A DNA stretch of 64,000 nt from an uncultured virus (IMG/VR IMGVR_UViG_2811995091_000194) (IMGVR_UViG_2811995091_000194); one strand, 5' to 3'; counted from the first letter of the stretch, positions 40,550 to 52,343 are shown. Numbers and translations: made by a program. Notes: a model not told the origin generated them from the letters alone.

Positions 40550-40900
40550 ATGAGAAATACATCTAGCTGGGTTCCTGAAATACTGTATGAAGAAAATTCT
40601 GACGGATCATCATCAAACATTCCCTTTGTCATGGTTCCTGACGGGGAGGATATGCCTTCACTTTTATATATTTTTGAGTCAAGGGACACAGGTGAGTTTG
40701 AGCCAGGGCTTGACGGAGAGGACGTTCCTGTATCACAGTGGGATCTTCATCAATATGCTGACCTTCTTGTTTTAAAGAGCAAGCTTTCTATTGACGATTA
40801 TAATAAAGTTAGAATTGCCCTTGGGCTACAGACATTGGAAGAAGCTGTTGAGGCAGGACGAAAAATTACAAGTAATGTTAAAAATAATCTTGAAACGTGA
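40550..40900 (+). CDS. Hypothetical protein
   Basis: GGAG RBS, 116 aa. Confidence 0.65.
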   Translation: MRNTSSWVPEILYEENSDGSSSNIPFVMVPDGEDMPSLLYIFESRDTGEFEPGLDGEDVPVSQWDLHQYADLLVLKSKLSIDDYNKVRIALGLQTLEEAVEAGRKITSNVKNNLET

Positions 40901-40960
40901 CAATAGAGAGGGATGTTTTTTTTAATGGGTCATATTTAATCTATGCTGGAGTAATTTAAT

Positions 40961-41359
40961 ATGAATTTTGATATAAATAGACTTTCTAAGCTGGCAGGAC
41001 TACCAGCTTCAGAATCGGGTGTCCTGACAGAGGCCCAGAATAGAAGTAAGCATGATGATCCTGGTATTGACGGTCCAGATCAGGCTGAGCAAGTCAACGA
41101 GACAGAGGAAGAAGATCCTGATGATGATGAGGTCCTCGAGGTTGATGAGAATGAGCTAAGAGAGGCTGTTGCAAGCATGAGAAAGCAAAATCTTGAGGAG
41201 TCTAGGCTCCGCGAGGCCGTGCGAGGCGAGATAAGAACAGTTCTTGAAGATCTTGGAATGGTTGAAAGTGATAGCAGGTGGGTATATGGAGATAATCAGC
41301 CCACAAATAGCAGAAAGGGCTTGGTTAATCTTGCATTCCCAGGAATTGGATTTAAGTAG
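40961..41359 (+). CDS. Acidic head-associated/scaffold-like protein
   Basis: ATATTTA at 40932; RLSKLAGL...LTE and LREAV repeats. Confidence 0.55.
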   Translation: MNFDINRLSKLAGLPASESGVLTEAQNRSKHDDPGIDGPDQAEQVNETEEEDPDDDEVLEVDENELREAVASMRKQNLEESRLREAVRGEIRTVLEDLGMVESDSRWVYGDNQPTNSRKGLVNLAFPGIGFK

Positions 41360-41383
41360 GCTGTACTAGAGACTCCAGCCAAA

Positions 41384-41417
41384 GCGGCCTGCCTTTTAAA
41401 AAGGTGGGCTGTTTTTG
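41384..41417 (+). terminator. Probable intrinsic terminator
   Basis: GCGGCCTGCCTTT/AAAGGTGGGCTGT stem with G-U pairs, then TTTT. Confidence 0.6.
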
Positions 41418-41464
41418 TATATTGTCCATGATCTATGCTGTATATTTCTTCATTAGGAGAAAAT

Positions 41465-41871
41465 ATGGACTACAATGTCGGACAGATTGTGTACTTGCTG
41501 TCAAAGAAAAATTCTCGTGTTTTTCCGTCGATGATTGTTGAGCAGGTATCAAGGAAGACTCTTGATGCCGAGGAGGTATCATACGTAGTGAGGCTGCCTG
41601 ATAAAAAGCTAAGCTGTGCCTCTCTTGACAGTTTAGATGTCGAAGTTTTTATATCGCTGGATGTTTTGAAAGTGAGGCTCATTGATGATGCCACAAGAGC
41701 AGTAAACGATATGATAGCATCAGCTTCTGACTTAAGAAAAAACGCGTTCGGTGATGATAATAATGGTGCCGATGCACCGCTTCAGCCTGTTGATAGCGAC
41801 GGCATATCTGAAAATATATCTGTAGACTTAGGTGATGGTGTGAAAGCTAATTTTAATATTGGGAGCCTTAC

Positions 41872-41875
<4 letters not shown>
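41465..41875 (+). CDS. Hypothetical protein with an SH3/KOW-like N-terminus
   Basis: AGGAG RBS; YNVGQIVY. Confidence 0.6.
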
Positions 41876-43787
<1,912 letters not shown>

Positions 43788-43842
43788 CCTTTATTTCCAG
43801 TTTGGCGAATACATATCTATATAACAGAGAGACGTCCTTCGC

Positions 43843-44223
43843 ATGTCAGAAGACAATCTAATAAAGAGCATTGTTGATATAGTTTTGAATGAGCAAGCAG
43901 ATCTTAGGCTCAGGCAAGATCTTGTAAATATCACATGCAGACTGACAATGGTGAGTGATGCACATGTTCCCGATACCCTTACTAGAATAAGAGTTTTACC
44001 AACCGTTGCAGTTGTCGGACAAAATGAACCTGTAACACGAGCCGGCGATAGAAATACATTGCTTGAAATATATGTTAAGTTCTTACCAAGGGGAGGAAGT
44101 GACTATAAGAACTTATCTGCAATAGGAAAGCTAATAAAAGGACTGCCTGGCGTTAAAATTGTTACAATTTTAACATTGAATAATAAAAAAGTTCTGTATA
44201 AGGGAAAACCAATTGTGATATAG
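43843..44223 (+). CDS. Hypothetical protein
   Basis: 126 aa ORF. Confidence 0.6.
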   Translation: MSEDNLIKSIVDIVLNEQADLRLRQDLVNITCRLTMVSDAHVPDTLTRIRVLPTVAVVGQNEPVTRAGDRNTLLEIYVKFLPRGGSDYKNLSAIGKLIKGLPGVKIVTILTLNNKKVLYKGKPIVI

Positions 44224-44457
44224 GTGAAAAGACCAGGCTCAAAAAAATCAATAATTATTGCTGCATACATGACAGACTTACAGATGGCAATAAGATGGGC
44301 AAAATTAAATAAGGCTCTAATTTCAGTTGGTGAAATTATAGATACTGGAAGCAGCGGCACAAAAAAGTATGCTGTTACAGTTAAATCACGAATTCCAAAA
44401 TCACAGCTGTCCTCATTGATAAAAGATAGATTCGGAATATTTATAAATGTTATTTAG
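44224..44457 (+). CDS. Hypothetical protein
   Basis: GTG start abutting the previous stop. Confidence 0.45.
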   Translation: MKRPGSKKSIIIAAYMTDLQMAIRWAKLNKALISVGEIIDTGSSGTKKYAVTVKSRIPKSQLSSLIKDRFGIFINVI

Positions 44458-44461
44458 TTTC

Positions 44462-44490
44462 ATGTAAACATTGCTATAATGTAGTATAAT
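44462..44490 (+). promoter_or_regulatory. Promoter ATGTAA-N17-TATAAT
   Basis: Consensus -10, 17-nt spacer. Confidence 0.75.
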
Positions 44491-44517
44491 AGTTATGCAC
44501 CATTAATAGGAGGTAGC

Positions 44518-44733
44518 ATGAAAAAGCTGAATTATGATGAACTTTCAAAAATGGATGAAAGTGAGCTAAATAGATCATTTAGCAATCTAACATATCAGGT
44601 AGGCAGGACGAGAGACAGAAGCGGCAGGTCGCACATAGAGACAGAGCTTTGCTATATCCAAAGAGAGCTTGAGCTAAGACGTGCTAGAAAAATTGCTCAT
44701 ATAAACTACATGGCAGCTATTGAAAATAGATAG
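44518..44733 (+). CDS. Hypothetical protein
   Basis: AGGAGG RBS. Confidence 0.65.
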   Translation: MKKLNYDELSKMDESELNRSFSNLTYQVGRTRDRSGRSHIETELCYIQRELELRRARKIAHINYMAAIENR

Positions 44734-44870
44734 AAAGCTCACACATTTTTTTTACATAACCCCTTCCCTATTGAATAAGTGTGTTTACATTTATCTCTAG
44801 GAAATAATTTGCATATTTCGTGCAAGTTTTTATAATCTGATGTTTAATAGCATAAGAACAGGAGCCAGTC

Positions 44871-45632
44871 ATGTCACAGTCACTTGATTCATACTTTAAA
44901 GATGTTTCAAATACTAAACTTCTAACAAGAGAGGAAGAGGTAATTCTCTCACAAAGAATTGAAAGAGGAGATGCGACAGCAAGAAATATCATGATCGAGT
45001 CAAATCTTCGTCTCGCAATCAGCATAGCAAAAAAATATTATAAAAGCGGTTGTGATATGGAAGACCTTATCCAAGAGTCTAACATTGGACTAATGAAAGC
45101 CGTTGAAAAGTTTGACTGGAGAAGAGGGTTCAAATTTAGTACATACGCGTGCTGGTGGATAAAGCAGTCTGTATGTCGTCACATTAGTACAAATAGAAAT
45201 ACTGTAAAGGTTCCTGCTCACACTGCATCTCTAGCGTATAAAGTAAGAACAATAATTCAGGAATATGAGAAAGATCTTGGGCAAAAGCCAAGCATTCCAG
45301 AAATTTCTGAGCTTCTTGGTGTGACAGAAAATATGGTGAAGGCCAGCCTTGAATCGATAAAATTTCAAAACATGTTGTCAATTGATGGAACAATTGGAAA
45401 TGAAGAAGGTGGCAGATCAATTATTGAAGTGATAGCTGATAGCAACAATATAGACATTGACGGAATTCTTGACAAGGAAAAAATTATGATAATGATTAAG
45501 TCATGTCTGTCAAGGCTCTCTCAGAGAGAGGAGCAAATTTTGAGGCTTAGATTTGGAATATCTGATAATTTTGAACATACAGATGCATTCGACGTCACTG
45601 AAGATGACATCGCTGATATAGTAAAAGGATAA
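44871..45632 (+). CDS. Sigma70-family RNA polymerase sigma factor lacking the region 4.2 recognition helix
   Basis: LLTREEE, NLRLAISIAKKY, DLIQE.NIGLMKAVEKFD...FKFSTYA.WWI; ends soon after REEQILRLRFGI. Confidence 0.9.
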   Translation: MSQSLDSYFKDVSNTKLLTREEEVILSQRIERGDATARNIMIESNLRLAISIAKKYYKSGCDMEDLIQESNIGLMKAVEKFDWRRGFKFSTYACWWIKQSVCRHISTNRNTVKVPAHTASLAYKVRTIIQEYEKDLGQKPSIPEISELLGVTENMVKASLESIKFQNMLSIDGTIGNEEGGRSIIEVIADSNNIDIDGILDKEKIMIMIKSCLSRLSQREEQILRLRFGISDNFEHTDAFDVTEDDIADIVKG

Positions 45633-45636
45633 AAAT

Positions 45637-45918
45637 ATGTCAATGCCAAAAGGATACAAAACAGATCATGGATATGCAACAGTTAGATCACATGACGATG
45701 GTCTAGGCTATAGGGAAATTGCTGAGTGTATGACAGAAATGGGCCACAAGATGAATCACTCAACAGCAAGAAATATTTTTCTCTCTGCTATGACAAAATT
45801 TGCAGAGAATACATGCTCACTGTATGGTGTTAAGCCCACATGTGAAAACGTTAAGCGAATTTCATCTGATCCTAGATTTCAATCTGGAATTCTTGATATG
45901 ATAAAGTTGCTAGACTAG
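45637..45918 (+). CDS. HTH protein resembling sigma region 4.2
   Basis: GLGYREIAE...NHSTARNIFLSAMTKF; own AAAGGA RBS. Confidence 0.6.
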   Translation: MSMPKGYKTDHGYATVRSHDDGLGYREIAECMTEMGHKMNHSTARNIFLSAMTKFAENTCSLYGVKPTCENVKRISSDPRFQSGILDMIKLLD

Positions 45919-45953
45919 AAACTATATAATTAATAATATATGAGGTACCTTCC

Positions 45954-46235
45954 ATGGGAATAAGTTGGGATTTTTTTGTAGGTCGAAGGCGTGTCAATGT
46001 TAAGAATTTTTTTAAAAAGAATAACATTCGTACAAAGTCAGATTTTATTGATGTTTTAGTTGCAAATGATATCACTGTACCAGACGATTCAACTGTAGAC
46101 GGTCTGGTGCTATTGCACGGCCAGGGTGATCCGGATCTTTTTAGACCGAAAAAAGAGGTTATTAAGCAGCCAAAGGCTGAAAAAAAAGATAGGGTTAAAA
46201 ATGGCAAAAAAAAAGATGCATCCACAAAAAGCTAA
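45954..46235 (+). CDS. Basic hypothetical protein
   Basis: GAGG RBS. Confidence 0.55.
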   Translation: MGISWDFFVGRRRVNVKNFFKKNNIRTKSDFIDVLVANDITVPDDSTVDGLVLLHGQGDPDLFRPKKEVIKQPKAEKKDRVKNGKKKDASTKS

Positions 46236-46354
46236 GTGACACCTGGGGAGATGTCTCCCCTGGCTGGAAGCACATTAAGTCTCCCGGTGATGCTGTAAGA
46301 AAAAAGAAGTATCACGTTCAAAAGTCATTTTCAAGATGTATTAATGCCATAGAC

Positions 46355-46924
46355 ATGAGTGAGATCTCATCAGTTTTAGATTGGGGCCCTGGATCATGTT
46401 GGACGTCTGCGATGATATGTGATGGTAGAGATGTTCACATTGTAGACATTTCAAATGATGTTATTGATGTTGCACTTGGCATAATTCCAGATGCTACGGC
46501 TTATCTTATAGATGATGTCTCGTCATTTAAAGCTGTATCTGATGCCCTTGAAGATGAGAGAATAGATCTCTTAATTGCGTTTTCTGTAATATATCACTTT
46601 CCTTCACTTGAGTACTTTCATGCAATTGCTGATTTGTGGAAAAGGATATCACCCAAATATATCGTGATAAAGACAATGATGTCACATGGCGACTCCTGGG
46701 AAAGATCATCATATAAAGTGTATGAAGAATCAGTCAATTATATACGTGGGCTTCTTTTGTCTGAAGATGATCTTTGTGATGCCCTAAAGGGTTACAGCAT
46801 GATTTTTTCACACAATGATGAAACTACTCCCGGGCTATTTGGTAAGATTAACAAGTTGCACGGACTCGAAAACATCCCGGCGCACATGTCAAAGCTATAT
46901 GTTTTTAAGAAAATATCGAATTGA
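46355..46924 (+). CDS. Class I SAM-dependent methyltransferase-like protein; N-terminus possibly frameshifted
   Basis: VLDWGPGS, VDIS, DLLIAFSVIYHFP. Confidence 0.7.
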   Translation: MSEISSVLDWGPGSCWTSAMICDGRDVHIVDISNDVIDVALGIIPDATAYLIDDVSSFKAVSDALEDERIDLLIAFSVIYHFPSLEYFHAIADLWKRISPKYIVIKTMMSHGDSWERSSYKVYEESVNYIRGLLLSEDDLCDALKGYSMIFSHNDETTPGLFGKINKLHGLENIPAHMSKLYVFKKISN

Positions 46925-46983
46925 TCCTTTATGGGGACAATAGATATTCTATGATTAATCTCAATATGACAAAGAGGTAAATT

Positions 46984-47238
46984 GTGGAAAATCCGACGCT
47001 ATTAACAGAAAATATATGGCTAGATACAGAGACAGACGTTGTCGTTGTTTCATTTGATCGAGTATCAGTTGCATTTCCAGTTGAAGAATTCTTAAGCTTC
47101 TGTGATGAAATTTTTGATGCACGTGATTCACTTTTAAAAAATGATAATTACATTATTAGTGAAATAGTAGACGGTGATAACGCGACGCGGATGCTTTCAA
47201 GGAAGCACAGCGTAGAAGATGATGAATATGACAACTAG
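46984..47238 (+). CDS. Hypothetical protein
   Basis: GAGG RBS, GTG start. Confidence 0.55.
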   Translation: MENPTLLTENIWLDTETDVVVVSFDRVSVAFPVEEFLSFCDEIFDARDSLLKNDNYIISEIVDGDNATRMLSRKHSVEDDEYDN

Positions 47239-47701
47239 AGATAAAAGATCAACAGAAATTTTTATATGGCCCGCAGACATTTTAAGCGATGTATCTAAGA
47301 CAGTTACGTCAATAGATGGCAATATAACATTATTAATAGACAGTATGATAAATGCTATGAGAGATTCTAAGTCGTTAAGCATTTCAGCTCCGCAAGTAGG
47401 AGCCCTAGAAAGAGTCATTGTTGTAGATAACAAGAAATTAAAGAGTAGAATTATTTCTGAATCTGAGCCGGTCGCTTTAATAAACCCGGAGATAACAAGC
47501 TGGTTTGGAGAAATATCTATTGATGAGGGATGCTCATCATTGCCGGGACAGTTTAAAATAATGCCTAGGGCATCTCATATAACAGTAAGATATCAAACTG
47601 TTGATGGAGTTTTAACAGAGAATGATGCAGACGGTATTACGGCTGTTATGATACAGCATGAAATAGACCATCTCGACGGAAAGCTAATAATTGATATTTA
47701 G
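47219..47701 (+). CDS. def: Peptide deformylase
   Basis: SAPQVG, INPEI, EGCSS, QHEIDHLDG. Confidence 0.88.
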   Translation: MMNMTTRDKRSTEIFIWPADILSDVSKTVTSIDGNITLLIDSMINAMRDSKSLSISAPQVGALERVIVVDNKKLKSRIISESEPVALINPEITSWFGEISIDEGCSSLPGQFKIMPRASHITVRYQTVDGVLTENDADGITAVMIQHEIDHLDGKLIIDI

Positions 47702-47791
47702 TTCGTGCATGCGGTCAAGTAAGCTTTAAAAAGAAATGGAAACTTTCACAGTCATGGCATATTTAATAATGCCTTGGAGATATAAAAACAA

Positions 47792-48124
47792 ATGAAAATT
47801 ACAAAAGGTCAACTTCGACAAGTTATTAGAGAAGAGTTAGAAAGACATCTGCTTGAACAGGGGGATGTGAGCGATCTGGTAAAAAAGTTTGATGCTGCAG
47901 TTTCTGTCTGGGACCAGCTAAGCGGCTCTGTAAGGGCTATGGTTGGAGGCAACATTGAACGCGCGCTGGGTTATGCAAGCCAGGGTGCCACAAATGATGC
48001 AGCTAGTCATCTTGATGCTGCATTAGAACGCGCAGCGTCACGGGGTATTTCACCTGGCGGTCCTGATTCCGTTGAAACAGCACGGGCAGCATGGGAAAGT
48101 TCAGATAAGCCAAGCCTTCCGTAG
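47792..48124 (+). CDS. Hypothetical protein with MKITxxQLRxxIREE leader
   Basis: ATATTTA at 47759; GGAG RBS. Confidence 0.65.
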   Translation: MKITKGQLRQVIREELERHLLEQGDVSDLVKKFDAAVSVWDQLSGSVRAMVGGNIERALGYASQGATNDAASHLDAALERAASRGISPGGPDSVETARAAWESSDKPSLP

Positions 48125-48224
48125 CACTGATACTGACAAAAGCTAAAAGATAATAGGTTTCAGCTTAGCCTATTTCGTGCAATATTTTTGTGCGTGAGGT
48201 ATTATTTCTTAGAGGTAATATTAT

Positions 48225-48767
48225 ATGCTTACTACTATTTTCAGCTTATTTTTGGCAGGGTGCTCTGAAAGCGTCGAGTCACTTATTAAACAGTCTCAAG
48301 ATAATTCTGGACAATACACTTATAACAGCTGGCACGTGCTTTCGTCTCCTGATGAGGAAAGCTTTACTTCTATTAGAGTGCGCTCAAGAACAGAAGAGGA
48401 TTCTACGAAGCTCGAATCAGCAGTGAAGCTAGCTGGGACATTTGCTGCACAAAGGCTTTCTACGTCTCTTGCAGACTGTAAAGATGGTCATATTAGCTTT
48501 CATGTCATTCCCAATGATATTTTAAATAATAAAGATGTTGTCGTGATTAACGACGATGAAGATTCAGAATTTTTCGGTCTGACACAATTTACGTACTCGA
48601 ATAAGGCATTTTCATTTATCTGCTCAGACTGCACAGAGACAGTTGAAGATATTTTTTTGCATGAGATTACACATTTCTTCTATTCTCAGTGTGGAATTTT
48701 ACCTGAGAAACAAGATGAGAGCAATTGTCACGATATGGTAGCGGCATATAGAATGCGTGATCTGTAA
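48225..48767 (+). CDS. Lipoprotein with HExxH zinc-metallopeptidase-like motif
   Basis: LAGC lipobox; FLHEITH...E; promoter GTGCAA-N17-TATTAT at 48177-48205. Confidence 0.6.
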   Translation: MLTTIFSLFLAGCSESVESLIKQSQDNSGQYTYNSWHVLSSPDEESFTSIRVRSRTEEDSTKLESAVKLAGTFAAQRLSTSLADCKDGHISFHVIPNDILNNKDVVVINDDEDSEFFGLTQFTYSNKAFSFICSDCTETVEDIFLHEITHFFYSQCGILPEKQDESNCHDMVAAYRMRDL

Positions 48768-48844
48768 GACAAAGCTATGAAAATGAAGTTCACAACTTCC
48801 CTAGAAGGGATATAATTAATATTGCATGAATGAGGTACTTATAA

Positions 48845-49294
48845 GTGGGCATTAATAATAGAACAAAGCAAGGAGCAAATTTTGTTCCGGCATACGAGGT
48901 CTCAGGCGTCCCTTTTGTTACAAGCTCTGCAGCAAATGAGGTTGTAAACGAACCGGTTCGTATCAAGTTTCCATACGTAACTCGATTCTTTGTTGTGCAG
49001 AACACAAGTCAAAACTGGTTGCGTGTAGGGTTTTCTGAAAATGGTGTGACGGGAACGCTTGGGTCTAAAGAAGCTAACAACTATCTTCTTGTGTCAGGAA
49101 ATCAGGTCACGTCAAGGCTTGAGCTTAGGTGTAAAGAGCTATGGTTTGCTGCTGACGCAGGGACAGCTCCTACAAGCTTCAGCCTTATTGCAGGACTAAC
49201 TGGAATTCAGAATAGCGAATTTCCTGTTCTTACAGGAACATTGACCGGAAGCAATAACAACTATCAGTCTCCAAGATTTGAAGGCGTGGGATAA
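48845..49294 (+). CDS. Probable small virion structural protein
   Basis: Beta-rich; G...VPAY.VSG.PFVTSS...FP.VTR pattern; GTACTTA upstream. Confidence 0.5.
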   Translation: MGINNRTKQGANFVPAYEVSGVPFVTSSAANEVVNEPVRIKFPYVTRFFVVQNTSQNWLRVGFSENGVTGTLGSKEANNYLLVSGNQVTSRLELRCKELWFAADAGTAPTSFSLIAGLTGIQNSEFPVLTGTLTGSNNNYQSPRFEGVG

Positions 49295-49340
49295 GCCTAA
49301 TACGTTTGTAAAAGTTTAGCGTTTATGTTAAACTACCTCT

Positions 49341-49580
49341 ATGGTTATAGGAAGTCTTGTAAGCCTATGTGAGTCTGCAATGCTGTCAGCAGGATGGGAT
49401 CCTGATTGGTTTCCAGAAGGACTATGCGGAATTGTTATTGACACAGAGACAAGATGTATGGGAAGTAATTTTAATGATGAAACTGCTGACCTGGTAATAG
49501 TTATGGTATCAGGAAAAGTTGAAGCATTCTTCAGCGAAGATCTTGACATAGTTGGAGAAAATAATGGGCAAGAAGTGTAG
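49341..49580 (+). CDS. Small SH3/KOW-like hypothetical protein
   Basis: IGSLV...GIVID; promoter TTGTAA-N17-TAAACT at 49306-49334. Confidence 0.55.
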   Translation: MVIGSLVSLCESAMLSAGWDPDWFPEGLCGIVIDTETRCMGSNFNDETADLVIVMVSGKVEAFFSEDLDIVGENNGQEV

Positions 49581-50025
49581 GGACACAATTGCAGTAAGCG
49601 GCGGATTTGATCCTGTTCATGTGGGTCACGTGAGAATGATCATAGATGCATCAAAGCACGGAGATGTAATAGTGATTCTTAATAGTGATACGTGGCTAAG
49701 GAATAAGAAGGGATATGTTTTTATGCCATGGAATGAGAGGGCAGAAATATTAGAATCTATCAAGGGTGTTGTCAAGGTTATTCCAGTAGATGATGGCGAT
49801 AGAACGGTTTGTGACGCACTTAACTCACTAAAAGAGTCTGTTGATTTGACATACTTTGCAAACGGCGGAGACAGAATAAATACAAATACACCTGAAATTA
49901 GCATATGTAATAAGCTAGGGATAGAGCTATTGTGGAATATTGGAGGCAAGAAAATTCAAAGTAGCAGTTCACTTGTCAACGATCATAAAGGAATGAAGCA
50001 CAGCACAGAAGGAAATAGGTCATGA
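49564..50025 (+). CDS. Cytidylyltransferase-family nucleotidyltransferase (TagD/RfaE-like)
   Basis: SGGFDPVHVGH, NSD, ER.EI, FANGGDR, QSSS. Confidence 0.88.
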   Translation: MGKKCRDTIAVSGGFDPVHVGHVRMIIDASKHGDVIVILNSDTWLRNKKGYVFMPWNERAEILESIKGVVKVIPVDDGDRTVCDALNSLKESVDLTYFANGGDRINTNTPEISICNKLGIELLWNIGGKKIQSSSSLVNDHKGMKHSTEGNRS

Positions 50026-50495
50026 GACACCCAATAACACAAGCAGGATATAACGATCTCGCTGGCGAGCTAAAGAAAAGATCAACAGTGGTGAGGCTAG
50101 AAATAGCAAATGAGATTGAAAGAGCACGAGAATATGGCGACATTAGTGAGAATGCAGAATTTTCATATGCAAAAGATAGACAGCAACAAAATGAGATGCG
50201 AATTAATCAGATTAAAAACTTTATCAGTGAGACAGAAATAATAACAAACCACGGACTAAAGCGAGACGGAAGAGTCGTATTTGGAGTAAGGGCTGTTCTT
50301 CTTAACTGTGATACTGATGAAGAGGTGACATATAAAATTGTCGGAGAAACAGAGTCAGACATAAAGATGGGCAAGATAAGCTATAAGTCTCCTCTGGCAT
50401 CTGAGATAATAGGATTGTCAAAGGGTGACGATGTTGAATTTAGCGCGCCCAGCGGCATAAAATTCTTTGAAATCTTAGATGTAATTTACGACTAG
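50022..50495 (+). CDS. greA: Transcription elongation factor GreA
   Basis: IT..GY, ARE.GDISENAEF, V.FG, IVG..E, ISYKSPL. Confidence 0.93.
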   Translation: MRHPITQAGYNDLAGELKKRSTVVRLEIANEIERAREYGDISENAEFSYAKDRQQQNEMRINQIKNFISETEIITNHGLKRDGRVVFGVRAVLLNCDTDEEVTYKIVGETESDIKMGKISYKSPLASEIIGLSKGDDVEFSAPSGIKFFEILDVIYD

Positions 50496-50612
50496 ATCAT
50501 ACTTTGTGTAGAATTGTCTCTGTTGGATCTAGCTGCAGTCTATGATGTGATAATCATGTCAATGTCTAGGTGGCGGTCCAGAGCTGATAGAAAGTCAGCT
50601 AGAGGGATATGT

Positions 50613-50801
50613 GTGATGAATAAGGAAGATATAAATAAGATTGTTGCTTTACGTGATGCAGTGCTAGATATGTATGTATCACTTGACGGACGATCCAGCC
50701 CAGCAACTGCTGTCGTTAAACAGGCGAAGGTTGCAGCAATGTGTGAAAGTGTTATCAAAAAAATTGATGAAATGATAACGCCGTACGTAAATTTTGAATA
50801 G
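50613..50801 (+). CDS. Hypothetical protein
   Basis: Helical ORF; start uncertain. Confidence 0.45.
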   Translation: MMNKEDINKIVALRDAVLDMYVSLDGRSSPATAVVKQAKVAAMCESVIKKIDEMITPYVNFE

Positions 50802-50870
50802 AAAATAGCCAAGCACACTGTCAGGTGTTTTATGATTGGCACATATGTATACCATAAGGGTACCTCGAGT

Positions 50871-51800
50871 ATGTGTTCGCTAAACATCTTTTTTACTTTA
50901 TTGTATAAGCTGTTCTGTGTACGACATACACTTCTTTTTTTAGCTATGTTATTGCCAGTCGCAGGTTGTAGCAATGACTTTACAATGATAGATCGTGCAG
51001 AGACGCATGTTATTATTGATTCATTCACACAAGCAGATAGAATAGATAGCCTTGACGTTCTTGTTGTCCTTGATACATCATGTAGCATGAATGATAATTT
51101 TGCAAACGTTGCAACAGGAATGGATATCCTTCGTCTTGATATCGAGAGCCTGACAATGAACTATCAGTTTGGGTATATTACAGCTGATTCCACAAGACTT
51201 GGGTATCTAGGGCCATATAGCTCAAGTTCAAGTCAGATAGACATGTTAATGGCTCCCAGTCTTCTACCAACATCATTTTATGAAGAAGGTTTTTTAGCAG
51301 CTTACACATTTTTAACATCGCAGACTGGTGGAGAGTTTTCGAGACCAGATGCAGATTTTTTGTTATTTCTAATCTCAGACGAGGATGAACAAAGCAATAT
51401 ATCCCCTGATGCATTTCGCTCGTGGATGAGTGCAATGTTTGTTGATGTTGATCACGACATTGTATCAATAACAACAGTTGAAGATCCTGACAGTTTGTGC
51501 AGCTTCTGGAGTGACGTCGGGCACAAGTACATAGAGCTGGCATCACTATATGGAAAAGATGAAATTGACATATGCGGTAGTGATTGGTCGCTATGGTTGT
51601 CTGATTCATCATTTATCACAAAGATGAAAGATAGCATAGTTCTAAGCGAAGATGATCCCATTGTTAAGTCTATGGTCGTCTATATCGAAAGGCAGATAAC
51701 AAACGACTGGGTGTATATTCCTGAAACGAACACTGTCTCACTGGGTTTCACTCCTGACTATGGCGAGCTTGTAGAAGTCGGATATAAGATCTCTTTATAG
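50871..51800 (+). CDS. VWA-domain lipoprotein; start uncertain
   Basis: VAGC lipobox; LDTSCSM MIDAS motif; ISDEDEQS; paralogous to 61383-62975. Confidence 0.7.
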   Translation: MCSLNIFFTLLYKLFCVRHTLLFLAMLLPVAGCSNDFTMIDRAETHVIIDSFTQADRIDSLDVLVVLDTSCSMNDNFANVATGMDILRLDIESLTMNYQFGYITADSTRLGYLGPYSSSSSQIDMLMAPSLLPTSFYEEGFLAAYTFLTSQTGGEFSRPDADFLLFLISDEDEQSNISPDAFRSWMSAMFVDVDHDIVSITTVEDPDSLCSFWSDVGHKYIELASLYGKDEIDICGSDWSLWLSDSSFITKMKDSIVLSEDDPIVKSMVVYIERQITNDWVYIPETNTVSLGFTPDYGELVEVGYKISL

Positions 51801-52001
51801 AGAACATTTTAAAATTATGACATCGGAGAATAAAATTGTTAAAGCAGCTTCAGTTCTGGTATTTTCTTCTTGCAACAAATACGACAATAATAATTCTCTC
51901 TACAGTGTTTTCAAATATTTCATCAATGTGTTTTAGCTCTATTGGTGCCATCTCAAGCATCATGATGATAGCAATAATAAATAAATTTGACAGTCAATAG
52001 C

Positions 52002-52030
52002 GTGTAAAGTAGAACCCCTGGATGTATAAT
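52002..52030 (+). promoter_or_regulatory. Promoter GTGTAA-N17-TATAAT for tRNA-Leu
   Basis: Consensus -10 preceded by TG. Confidence 0.75.
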
Positions 52031-52054
52031 GTTTCTGAAATGGAACATATCTTT

Positions 52055-52140
52055 GGGGTAATGTCGGAATGGTATACGATGCGGGCTTAAAACCCGCTGG
52101 CCTAAAGGCCGTGTGGGTTCGAATCCCACTTACCCTACCA
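52055..52140 (+). tRNA. tRNA-Leu(UAA)
   Basis: Acceptor GGGGTAA/TTACCCT; anticodon arm GCGGG-CTTAAAA-CCCGC; long variable arm; TTCGAAT; encoded CCA. Confidence 0.95.
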
Positions 52141-52160
52141 CGTTGATAATGGAATAATAG

Positions 52161-52331
52161 ATGAGCGAAAATAAACAGATAGAGAATTTAAGCATAGCCA
52201 GCTTAGATAAAGAGCTAATGTTAATGAAGGAGAAAGTTGACACAATTCGAATTATAGTCGATGCTTGCGAAAAAGAGGTCGAATCCATTCTCAGAGACAA
52301 TGAACAGCATCTAAATGATGCTATTGAATAA
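52161..52331 (+). CDS. Small coiled-coil hypothetical protein (56 aa, not in ORF track)
   Basis: MSENKQIENL...LNDAIE; fills the gap before the helicase. Confidence 0.5.
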   Translation: MSENKQIENLSIASLDKELMLMKEKVDTIRIIVDACEKEVESILRDNEQHLNDAIE

Positions 52332-52343
52332 AAATACAGAACT

